Assembly: GCA_031276815.1 (NCBI GenBank)
Contig: JAISMJ010000093.1
Coordinates: 1-58,408, forward strand
DNA from: Treponema sp.
GTDB taxonomy: Bacteria > Spirochaetota > Spirochaetia > Treponematales > Breznakiellaceae
DNA: 58,408 bases
Reading direction: 5' to 3'
Shown here: in pieces, positions 18,965 through 27,341 of the stretch
Layout of the letters: each line of letters opens with the position of its first letter
Numbering within the stretch: the first letter of the stretch is position 1
Made by a program: the position numbers and the translations under genes
The notes under the pieces: model-generated
Seen by the model: only the letters and a program-made list of their open reading frames with translations
The model's database searches: none
Told to the model about the DNA's origin: nothing

Positions 18965-19795
18965 TCAAGGGCGCGCTACGCGGAACCCCAGATAGCTGCC
19001 CCGGTTCGCCGGAGGGTCGTAGTGCCGGTAGGCGCAGCGTACGTACCGTAAATGGTAGTCCCAGCTCCCCCCGCGGCGCACGCGGTTGGTGCCGGAAGCC
19101 GCGCCCGTAGGATCAGTCACGGAACCGCGCCCATACGAGCCGCTGCTATACCAGTCCCAGCACCACTCCCACACGTTACCGCTCATGTCGTGTATTCCAA
19201 GACTGTTCGCCTGCTTCTTCCCCACAGGCTGCGTACTCCACCCGCTATTATCCTCGTACCACGCAACGCTCCCCGCGTTATTACTCCCCGCATAGGTATA
19301 CGTATCAATGCCCCCGCTCCGCGCCGCATATTCCCATTCCGCGTCAGTCGGCAAACGATACCCGTTAGCCTTACGGTTCCACGTTACTTCGTTCCCGTTT
19401 ACCGTATACGCCGGACGCAACCCTTCCTTCACGCTCCGCTTATTGCAATACTCCACCGCCTCATACCAGCTCACGCAGTACATCGGGTAATTGTCTCCTA
19501 CGCCTCGCGTGGGGGAACCGCTATTCCCCGCCGCCGTCCATTGCTGGGCGATAGTCGTCCCCATCACGTCCCACCATTCCTTCTGCGTTACTTCATACTT
19601 CCCAATAGAGAACGCCTTGCTTATCGTTACCCGCTGGAGCGGCTTCTCATCGTCAAACCCGTCATTGCTTCCCATCATAAACGTCCCCGCGGGCACGCGC
19701 GCCATCGCCGCATACGGCGAGGACTGCGCCCCAACCGGAACCGCGGACAGCAGCGCCGCCCACATACCACACCATACAAAAAACCGTTTCATCAT
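18965..19795 (-). CDS. Secreted FGE-sulfatase (SUMF1/formylglycine-generating-enzyme-like) domain protein
   Basis: 276 aa. Signal peptide, then VPAGTFMMGS, YEVTQKEW, RLPTDAEWEYAAR, GNVWEWCWD, RGGSW and GFRVARP. Confidence 0.88.
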   Translation of the reverse strand: MMKRFFVWCGMWAALLSAVPVGAQSSPYAAMARVPAGTFMMGSNDGFDDEKPLQRVTISKAFSIGKYEVTQKEWWDVMGTTIAQQWTAAGNSGSPTRGVGDNYPMYCVSWYEAVEYCNKRSVKEGLRPAYTVNGNEVTWNRKANGYRLPTDAEWEYAARSGGIDTYTYAGSNNAGSVAWYEDNSGWSTQPVGKKQANSLGIHDMSGNVWEWCWDWYSSGSYGRGSVTDPTGAASGTNRVRRGGSWDYHLRYVRCAYRHYDPPANRGSYLGFRVARP

Positions 19796-19995
19796 CTGAC
19801 TCCTCTTTCAAGAAAGATATGCGGAAAGAAGCGCCGCTATAACAGACGCGGTACATCTGTGTCCTTCACACGTTTCCTTCCTTATACTAGTCAGTATACC
19901 CTATATTTCATAAAGAATAAAGCTCTTGTGCGCGTCAATAACGGCGTTATGCGCCTCGCCGCTTCCCCCCGCGCCGCGCTCCCCGCCGTTGCGCT

Positions 19996-20806
19996 GAACG
20001 CTAACGAGCGTTTGACTTGAACGCTCCTAGCGTCTGCGGGAAACGCTAACTAGCGTCTGGCTTGAACGCTCCTAGCGTTTGCAGGAAACGCTAACTAGCG
20101 TCTGACGAGAACGCTCCTAGCGTCTGCCATGAACGCTAACTAGCGTCTGATGAGAACGCTCCTAGCGTCTGGCTTGAACGCTAACTAGCGTTTGCAGGAA
20201 ACGCTAACGAGCGTCTGACGAGAACGCTCCTAGCGTCTGCAAGAAACGCTAACTAGCGTTTCCTCTTGACGCTAACTAGCGTTTGTCTTGAACGCTAACT
20301 AGCGTTTTCCCTTGACGCTAACTAGCGTTTGACTTGAACGCTAACTAGCGTTTCCCTTGACGCTAACTAGCGTTTGACTTGAACGCTAACTAGCGTTTCC
20401 TCTTGACGCTAACTAGCGTTTGACTTGAACGCTAACTAGCGTTTGACGAGAACGCTAACTAGCGTTTCCCTTGACGCTAACTAGCGTTTGGCTTGAACGC
20501 TAACTAGCGTTTCCCTTGACGCTAACTAGCGTTTGGCTTGAACGCTAACTAGCGTTTCCCTTGACGCTAACTAGCGTTTGACTTGAACGCTAACTAGCGT
20601 TTCCCTTGACGCTAACTAGCGTCTGCCATGAACGCTAACTAGCGTTTCCTCTTGACGCTAACTAGCGTTTGGCTTGAACGCTAACTAGCGTTTCCCTTGA
20701 CGCTAACTAGCGTTTCCCTTGACGCTAACTAGCGTTTCCTCTTGACGCTAACTAGCGTTTGACTTGAACGCTAACTAGCGTTTGCAGGAACGCTAACTAG
20801 CGCTTG
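19996..20806. repeat. Intergenic tandem array 2: ~36 x 22-23 bp with a 45-bp higher-order unit
   Basis: Each unit contains AACGCTA-AC-TAGCGTT (a 7-2-7 palindrome). Spacers alternate TCCCTTG/TGACTTG in the right part. Core variants AACGCTCCTAGCGTC/AACGCTAACTAGCGTC alternate in the left part. No ORF is possible because the period is not a multiple of 3. Confidence 0.9.
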
Positions 20807-21013
20807 GTAAATAATTGGGAGCTCACTCATACGATCTTGCTATGGGCGTTTCTCCGCTACTCTTTATAGCAGCTGACGCTCCCATATCCATATCACGTAT
20901 ATTCCTGTTATCGCAACAATATGTCTTCTTGCAGGCAGGGGATTCTAGGGCAGGTTGATCTTTTCTGAATATATAAGAACGCTATATCGCGGGTGTTGCC
21001 GCGTGTTTTTATA

Positions 21014-21038
21014 GCAAGGGGGCGATACGCCCCCTTGC
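21014..21038 (-). terminator. Hairpin downstream of the caspase-FGE gene
   Basis: GCAAGGGGGCG-ata-CGCCCCCTTGC, a perfect 11-bp stem, ~125 nt past the stop. No U-tract. Confidence 0.35.
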
Positions 21039-21162
21039 ATCCCCCGTAGCAGCGTGAAGAACTCGCACACCTTCACGTCCGGCGTACTTCAGGCGGCGCT
21101 TGACGCGCCCCCGCGCCGCCCCGCCGGACTACAGGGAACCCCCCGCCAGCGCAGAGCGGAAT

Positions 21163-22689
21163 TCAGAGGCGCGCCACGCGGAAGCCCAGATCGGAGCTCC
21201 GACTCGTAGGACTGTCGACGTCACGGTAGGCAGAGCGCACGTACCGCGTATCGTCGAACCAACTCCCCCCGCGCCGCACGCGGTTGCTGCCCGAAGCGGC
21301 GCCCATGGGATCAGTTACGGCAGCGCTCCCATACGAACTATACCGGTCCCAGCACCACTCATCCACGTTTCCGCTCATGTCATGTATCCCAAGACTGTTC
21401 GCCGCCTTCGTCCCCACAGGATGCGTACTCCACCCGCTATTATCCTTGTACCACGCAACGTTCCCCGCGTCATTACTTCCTACATATTCATACGCATCGC
21501 TTCCGCCGCCCTTCGCCGCATATTCCCATTCCGCTTCCGTTGGCAAACGATACCCGTTAGCCCCGCGGTTCCACGTTACATCGCTCCCGCTTATCGTATA
21601 CGCCGGACTCAGCCCTTCCTTCACGCTCCGCTTATTGCAGTACTCTACCGCGTCAAGCCAGCTCACATTCTCCACCGGCAAGTTGTCGCCCTTAAAATAA
21701 CTCGGATTGCTCCCCATCACGTCCCGCCATTCCTTTTGCGTTACCTCATACTTCCCTATATAGAACGCCTTGCTTATCGTTACCCGATGCGGCGTCTCAT
21801 CGCTTTCCCCGCCATTGCTCCCCATCGTAAACGTCCCCGCAGGCACAAGTACCATTCCCGCATACGCCGCGGCTTGGCTTTGTTGCGGAGCCGGAACAGG
21901 GAGCGTCTGCTGCGCCACGGGCTGCGCCGCAGGCTCCGTCCCAAGATACGCGGTCCCGAAGAATTGGCTATAGAGCGCGGGGCGTTGCTCGCCTTCGGAC
22001 GCCGCTATGACGTCCCCGCTCGTGCGCCGGAACATATCATACACCTCCAGCCCGGGCGTCTTCAGGTTTTTCAGAAGCTGTTCCGTAAACAGCCCGTTCC
22101 TCCCTTCCCCGTCCGCTGCCGTGCTTCCCGCGCTTGTCGCATACACCAGAATACTGTCCGCAGGCTGGCTGCCCACCGCCCGCAGCCCCCGCGTCCCGCT
22201 CCGGTTCCAACTGAACGGGTTGTCGCGGCAGGCGTCCAGCACGATGACGTTCAGCGCATTCCCCGCCGCGTTCAACTCGTTCAGCACCGCTTGCACGGAC
22301 ACCGCCCTGTCCGGCAGATACGCCTCGCTCCGTATGTCCGCGTCCACCGGTATCAGGTAGTTCTCCCCGTTGGACTGCACCCCATGCCCCGCGTAAAACA
22401 GAAACCCGTACGCGCCGCTCGACCCTTCAAGCTTCCGCTTGAACCGCTCAACCGCATCTTCCATGTCCACGCGCCCCGCATTGGTCAACAGCGCTACCTG
22501 AAAGCCCAGCCCCTCCAACGCCCCCTTCATGTCATTCGCGTCATTCACAGGGTTCTTCAGCTTGCTAACCGTCGTATACGCCCCGTTCCCGATGACCAGC
22601 GCGTACTTCTCCTGCGCCCCAACCGAAACCGCGCACGCCAGCGCCGCCGCCATCCACACGCCCAACCACACACAAAACCGTTTCATCAT
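21163..22689 (-). CDS. Secreted caspase-like peptidase (C14) fused to an FGE-sulfatase domain
   Basis: 508 aa. Signal peptide, then YALVIGNGAY, FYAGHGVQ (catalytic His) and VIVLDACRDNPF (catalytic Cys). A Pro/Gln linker follows, then an FGE domain I judged by eye to be about 70% identical to 18965..19795. Confidence 0.88.
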   Translation of the reverse strand: MMKRFCVWLGVWMAAALACAVSVGAQEKYALVIGNGAYTTVSKLKNPVNDANDMKGALEGLGFQVALLTNAGRVDMEDAVERFKRKLEGSSGAYGFLFYAGHGVQSNGENYLIPVDADIRSEAYLPDRAVSVQAVLNELNAAGNALNVIVLDACRDNPFSWNRSGTRGLRAVGSQPADSILVYATSAGSTAADGEGRNGLFTEQLLKNLKTPGLEVYDMFRRTSGDVIAASEGEQRPALYSQFFGTAYLGTEPAAQPVAQQTLPVPAPQQSQAAAYAGMVLVPAGTFTMGSNGGESDETPHRVTISKAFYIGKYEVTQKEWRDVMGSNPSYFKGDNLPVENVSWLDAVEYCNKRSVKEGLSPAYTISGSDVTWNRGANGYRLPTEAEWEYAAKGGGSDAYEYVGSNDAGNVAWYKDNSGWSTHPVGTKAANSLGIHDMSGNVDEWCWDRYSSYGSAAVTDPMGAASGSNRVRRGGSWFDDTRYVRSAYRDVDSPTSRSSDLGFRVARL

Positions 22690-22951
22690 GTAACTCCTCT
22701 TTCAAAAATGATAACCGGAAGGACGCGCCGCTCTACAGACACTTGCTACGCCGCTATATCCTTCAGACGTTTCCTTCCTTATATTAGTAAGTATATCCTA
22801 TCTTTCATAAAGAATAAAGCTCTTGTGCGCCCCGCCGTTATAGCGGTAAAAAGAGCGGAGAAGTTCATTGCTTCACTATGGATACATGTTTGTGGCAACT
22901 GGTTAGAAAGGCGCCGGATTATACGGCGGGAAACGTGGGACGTCCTGAAAA

Positions 22952-23024
22952 AGCCAAGACGGGGAATCGAACCCCGGACCTGCGCATTACGAGTGCGCCG
23001 CTCTGCCATCTGAGCCATCTTGGC
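22952..23024 (-). tRNA. tRNA-Thr (anticodon CGU)
   Basis: The reverse complement folds as a 73-nt cloverleaf: acceptor GCCAAGA/TCTTGGC, D stem GCTC/GAGC, anticodon stem GCGCA/TGCGC with loop CTCGTAA, and T arm CGGGG-TTCGATT-CCCCG. Confidence 0.9.
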
Positions 23025-23035
23025 GTGTGCCGAAT

Positions 23036-23064
23036 ACTATACGGTATAGTTCAAAAAAAGTCAA
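23036..23064 (-). promoter_or_regulatory. Candidate sigma70-type promoter of tRNA-Thr
   Basis: Minus strand reads TTGACT (23059-23064), 17 nt, TATAGT (23036-23041), 11 nt before the mature tRNA 5' end. Confidence 0.5.
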
Positions 23065-23094
23065 GTCCTAAACAACCTTTCGAATACGCCGCTT

Positions 23095-23124
23095 TTGCTT
23101 GCCGCTCACCCTCTTTTTTAGTAT
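23095..23124 (+). promoter_or_regulatory. Candidate htpG promoter
   Basis: TTGCTT, 18 nt, TAGTAT. Only 9 nt separate the -10 from the htpG ATG, and no SD is visible. Confidence 0.3.
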
Positions 23125-23133
23125 CTTTACCCT

Positions 23134-25017
23134 ATGGCTCAAAGACAATTTCAAACAGAGGTGAGTAAGCTACTGCACCTCATCATACACTCCCTCTATT
23201 CCAACCGGGAGATATTTCTTCGGGAGCTTGTTTCCAATGCGTCTGACGCGCTGGACAAGCTCAAATACCTGACCGTTGCGGATGAGAACTACAAAGCCAT
23301 CGCGTTTGACCCGCGTATCGATCTTTCCTTCAATAAAGAAGCGAAGACGCTTACCGTCTCTGATAACGGCATCGGCATGAATGAACAGGAACTCATCGAA
23401 AGCCTTGGAACCATCGCCCGTTCCGGCACCCGCTCTTTTTTGGAAAAACTCACCGCGGACGCCAAGAAGGATTCAAACCTCATCGGGCAGTTCGGCGTCG
23501 GGTTTTATTCCGCCTTTATGGTTGCCGGCACGATTGAGGTCATAAGCCGCAAGGCGGGAGAAGACGCCGCATGGAAGTGGACGAGCGACGGCAAAGAAGG
23601 CTACGATATTGAGAGCGCGTCCAGAGATACGCAAGGCACGACCGTTACGCTGTACTTGACTGACGAAGGCGCCGAATACGCAAACCGCTGGTCTATTGAG
23701 GACATCATTAAACGGTACAGCAACCACGTTGCGTTTCCCATTTACCTTACCTACGATGAAAAAGAGTATGACGACAAGGGCAAGGAAAAGGGCAGCGTTA
23801 CCAAGACCGACCGCATCAATTCAGGTACCGCGCTGTGGCGGCGCGCGAAAGCGGAATTGAAACATGAAGATTACGTTGAGTTCTTCAAGCAGCTCGGACA
23901 TGACGACGATGAGCCGCTTTTCTATATACACACGAAGGCGGAGGGGACGCTTGAATATACCACGCTGTTTTATGTCCCGAAGAAAGCGCCGTTTGACGTG
24001 TTCCATGTTGATTACAAGCCCGGCGTCAAACTTTATGTGAAGCGCGTGTTCATCACCGACGACGACAAGGAGCTTATGCCTACATGGCTGCGCTTTGTGC
24101 GGGGCGTTATCGACAGTGAAGATTTGCCCTTGAATGTGAGCCGCGAGATTTTGCAGCAGAATAAGGTGCTTGTCAACATAAAGAATGCGTCTGTGAAAAA
24201 ACTCCTCGCCGAGTTCAAGAGCATTGCCGAAAACGACAAGGAAAAGTGGGGCGTCTTCATACAAGAATACAACAGACTGCTCAAGGAAGGATTGTATCAG
24301 GACTGGGGCAGCCGCGATGCGCTGCTTGATCTGGTGCGCTTCAAGAGCACGGCGGCCGAGGGCTGGACGAGTTTTGCGGACTATGTTTCCCGTATGAAAA
24401 GCGATCAGAAGTACATTTACTACATTACCGGAGACAATGAAAAGACGCTCCGGTCTTCCCCGCTTCTTGAAGCGTATACCGCAAAAGGCATCGAAGTTCT
24501 CATCATGGATGATGAAATAGACGATATTGTGATTCCGGCTATCGGCAGATACGCGAAGAAGACTGATGACGCCACTTCCGAATGGGAAATCAAAGCCGTA
24601 AACCGCGCGGGCGCGGATGAGGAACTCGGCGAAAAGGGAGATAAAGAGGCTGAAAAGGCGATACAGCCCGTCATTGAAAAGCTCAAGAAGGCGCTTGGGG
24701 ACAAGGTAAAGGACGTGAAGCTCTCCCGCCGCCTTCACGATTCGCCGTCCTGTATTGTCGCGGACGAAAGCGATCCCACGATGCAGATGGCGCAGATGCT
24801 CAAGGCTATGGGGCGGACCGATATGCCTGAGATAAAGCCGATTCTGGAAGTCAATGGGGATCATCCGATTGTCGCCGCGCTTAAAACCTGCGGCGACGAG
24901 GCGTACTTTGAAGATGTCGCCATCGTCTTGCTCGATCAGGCGTTGCTTGTCGAGGGCATCAAGCTCAAGGATAGCGCTGATTTCGTGAAGCGGCTGAACA
25001 AGCTGCTGTCGAAGTAA
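23134..25017 (+). CDS. htpG: Molecular chaperone HtpG (Hsp90)
   Basis: 627 aa with FQTEVSKLLHLIIHSLYSNREIFLRELVSNASDALDK, IGQFGVGFYSAFMVA and SREILQ. Confidence 0.95.
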   Translation: MAQRQFQTEVSKLLHLIIHSLYSNREIFLRELVSNASDALDKLKYLTVADENYKAIAFDPRIDLSFNKEAKTLTVSDNGIGMNEQELIESLGTIARSGTRSFLEKLTADAKKDSNLIGQFGVGFYSAFMVAGTIEVISRKAGEDAAWKWTSDGKEGYDIESASRDTQGTTVTLYLTDEGAEYANRWSIEDIIKRYSNHVAFPIYLTYDEKEYDDKGKEKGSVTKTDRINSGTALWRRAKAELKHEDYVEFFKQLGHDDDEPLFYIHTKAEGTLEYTTLFYVPKKAPFDVFHVDYKPGVKLYVKRVFITDDDKELMPTWLRFVRGVIDSEDLPLNVSREILQQNKVLVNIKNASVKKLLAEFKSIAENDKEKWGVFIQEYNRLLKEGLYQDWGSRDALLDLVRFKSTAAEGWTSFADYVSRMKSDQKYIYYITGDNEKTLRSSPLLEAYTAKGIEVLIMDDEIDDIVIPAIGRYAKKTDDATSEWEIKAVNRAGADEELGEKGDKEAEKAIQPVIEKLKKALGDKVKDVKLSRRLHDSPSCIVADESDPTMQMAQMLKAMGRTDMPEIKPILEVNGDHPIVAALKTCGDEAYFEDVAIVLLDQALLVEGIKLKDSADFVKRLNKLLSK

Positions 25018-25032
25018 GCGGCAGCGGGAAGC

Positions 25033-25061
25033 GCGTCTTGCGCTTGACCGGCGCAAGATGC
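25033..25061 (+). terminator. Weak hairpin after htpG
   Basis: GCGTCTTGCGC-ttgaccg-GCGCAAGATGC (10 of 11 bp paired). No T-tract. Confidence 0.3.
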
Positions 25062-25162
25062 GCGTAGACAAAAAGTAGCGCCTATAGAGCGTTATAAGCG
25101 GGAAGTCCGCCGTATTAGCAATGGGGTTTCGTTTCAATCGGCGGCTTATTAAGAAGACGCTC

Positions 25163-25190
25163 TTGACAAGAAGGTTTTTTTCCTTATAAT
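25163..25190 (+). promoter_or_regulatory. Consensus sigma70-type promoter placed for a leaderless ABC-operon mRNA
   Basis: TTGACA (25163-25168), 16 nt, TATAAT (25185-25190). The ATG at 25197 begins 7 nt after the -10, with no room for an SD. Confidence 0.5.
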
Positions 25191-25196
25191 AAAGAT

Positions 25197-25883
25197 ATGC
25201 TAATTACTCTAAAAGACATTTGTAAAACATATCCTATGGGCATGGTAACAGTAGACGCGCTGAAAGGTATCAATCTTGAGATAGATAAAGGCGCGTTTAT
25301 CGCCGTTGCCGGCGCATCAGGTTCGGGCAAAACGACCCTGATGAACATCATCGGGCTTATAGATACGCCTACGAGCGGAGCTTTGCTGATAAACGGCAAA
25401 GAAACGAGTGCGTTGAGCAGGCAGGAGATCGTGAGGATGAGACAGGAGTCAATCGGGTTCATATTTCAATCCTTTAACCTGTTGCCGGTGCTTGACGTCT
25501 TTGAAAATGTCGAGCTTCCGCTGCTTCTTCGTAAGGACGCCGGATCCAAGCCGGAGCGCCGCGAGTGGGTTGAATCGCTTTTAGGGGAAGTCGGGCTTGC
25601 CGACCGTATGCGTCATACGCCCGCCGAGCTTTCCGGCGGGCAGCAGCAGCGGGTGGCTATAGCCCGCGCCTTAGTCAATCACCCGCAGATTATCATTGCG
25701 GATGAACCCACGGCAAACCTTGACTCGGAGAATGGACAACGGGTACTTGAATTGTTGCAGAAAGTGCAGAAAGATGAGGGAACGACGCTCATCATTTCCA
25801 CGCATGATCCGGATATCTGGAAGATAGCGCAGACTATCGTTCATCTCCGTGACGGCGTGATAGCATCGGAGGAGCGGCGTTGA
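25197..25883 (+). CDS. ABC transporter ATP-binding protein (MacB/LolD-like)
   Basis: Walker A GASGSGKTT, signature LSGGQQQRVAIARAL, Walker B IIIADEPT. Confidence 0.92.
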   Translation: MLITLKDICKTYPMGMVTVDALKGINLEIDKGAFIAVAGASGSGKTTLMNIIGLIDTPTSGALLINGKETSALSRQEIVRMRQESIGFIFQSFNLLPVLDVFENVELPLLLRKDAGSKPERREWVESLLGEVGLADRMRHTPAELSGGQQQRVAIARALVNHPQIIIADEPTANLDSENGQRVLELLQKVQKDEGTTLIISTHDPDIWKIAQTIVHLRDGVIASEERR

Positions 25884-27340
25884 TATGGCGATTGATCCTG
25901 CGGAATGTTATCCGTAACAGGAAAAGCAACACTATTATCGTTCTCCTGATAGGCAGTATCGCCTTTCTTTTCTTTGTCGGCAACAGTATTATCGGCAGGA
26001 CGGTTCAAAGTATGCGCGATGCGTTTGTGAACGGCATTACGGGCGATGTAGTGATAGAAAAGTCCGGGGATGTTACCATGAATCTTTTTGGCGCGAATAT
26101 GGCGGTTGTGGACGAATATTTTTCTATACCGGTATTGCCCGCCTATGATGCGCTTGCCAGCGTCATTGCCGCGGAGCCTGATGTCGCGGGTATGACTAGC
26201 CAAGTGTCCGGACAGGCGTTGTTTGATTTTGGAACCTACCGCAGTCCCGCGCTGCTGTGCGGCGTTGATCCCGCGACGTATTTCCCCCTGTTCCCATCCA
26301 TAGAGCTTGTTGAAGGGCGTTTTCTACAGAGCGGCGAGTTCGGCGCGATGATATCGAAAGAGAAAGCCCTCGCCATTGCAAAAGAGAGCGGGAAATATCC
26401 GGGCGCGGGTGAAAAAATCCTCCTTACGTCAGCCGGCAATGCAGGGTTTAAGATACGGGAGTTGCCGGTAACCGGTATCTATCAATACAAAAACGCCGGA
26501 CAATTTATGAACGAAATCGTTATCACGGATGTGCAGACCGCGCGAGTGCTTACCTCCATTCAGGTTGCGTCTTCCGATGCCGAAGCGGGAGAAGGAGCCG
26601 CAACGCTTATGGCATCCGCTATTGACGATCTTTTTGAAGAGGACGCTTTTAGGACGGCGCCGGAGACGGATGAAGAGCTTTCCCCGGAGGCGGTTTCTTC
26701 TTTTTTAAGCGAGTCCCGCCGGGAAGAAACGCCGGTACAGACAGGGGGCGGAGACTGGAATTTCATCATTTTACGCGTACAGAAAAAAAATCTTTCATCG
26801 ACCGGCTCTTTTATAACCGCTTTGAACAAAAAACTCGCCGCGTACGGCGTGGTAGCGGTAAATTGGCAGATCGCAGCCGGGCAGTCCGCAACCATGATGA
26901 TCATCCTGCAAACGCTCTTTAACAGCGGGATAAGTCTGGTCAGTATCGTGGGAATTATTGCCGTTATCAATATACTGTTGATTTCAATTTTTAAGCGCAA
27001 GCGTGAAATAGGAACGATCAGGTCAATAGGAGCAGCGGACGGGTTTATCCGGTCGCTTTTCTTTGGAGAAAACATTGTGCTTTCCTGCGCGTCCGGTCTT
27101 GCCGGCGTAGTCGCCGGATACTTTTTCTTTCAACTTATCAATTCCATGCATATAGCGATTCCGAATAGCCTCGTTGCATCTCTCTTCGGCGGCGTCGTTT
27201 TGAACATAGAATTCTTCCCGCAGAGCGCGGCGGCGGCTTTAGCGCTTGCTGTGATTCTGGGATTTGTGTCTTCAATCTATCCGGTTGAAGAAGCGGTACG
27301 TATGGAACCTGCCGCCGCGCTCAGAAATGTGGGGGCGTAA
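25880..27340 (+). CDS. ABC transporter permease, FtsX/MacB-type
   Basis: 486 aa. N-terminal TM helix, a large periplasmic domain, then the C-terminal FtsX 3-TM block (REIGTIRSIGA). TTG start overlaps the upstream stop (TTGA), with GGAGGAG as SD. Confidence 0.85.
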   Translation: MIWRLILRNVIRNRKSNTIIVLLIGSIAFLFFVGNSIIGRTVQSMRDAFVNGITGDVVIEKSGDVTMNLFGANMAVVDEYFSIPVLPAYDALASVIAAEPDVAGMTSQVSGQALFDFGTYRSPALLCGVDPATYFPLFPSIELVEGRFLQSGEFGAMISKEKALAIAKESGKYPGAGEKILLTSAGNAGFKIRELPVTGIYQYKNAGQFMNEIVITDVQTARVLTSIQVASSDAEAGEGAATLMASAIDDLFEEDAFRTAPETDEELSPEAVSSFLSESRREETPVQTGGGDWNFIILRVQKKNLSSTGSFITALNKKLAAYGVVAVNWQIAAGQSATMMIILQTLFNSGISLVSIVGIIAVINILLISIFKRKREIGTIRSIGAADGFIRSLFFGENIVLSCASGLAGVVAGYFFFQLINSMHIAIPNSLVASLFGGVVLNIEFFPQSAAAALALAVILGFVSSIYPVEEAVRMEPAAALRNVGA

Positions 27341-27341
27341 G

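Noticed and set aside
19996-20806. Possible CRISPR array.
   Set aside because: The 'spacers' are only 6-7 nt and recur as two alternating variants. The unit length is 22-23 bp, and there are no cas genes. It is a tandem palindrome array, not CRISPR.
21100-23013. 637-aa plus-strand ORF, the longest of several long ORFs antisense to real genes. The others are 313-1221, 4114-4971, 5827-6675, 12340-13068, 19052-20020 and 23821-25137.
   Set aside because: Each lies opposite a gene with unmistakable family motifs (caspase/FGE, BNR, tgt, glyQS, GH3, htpG). The translations are Arg/Pro/Ser-rich and low in complexity, which is typical of the antisense strand of GC-rich coding DNA. The 637-aa ORF also runs through the tRNA-Thr gene.
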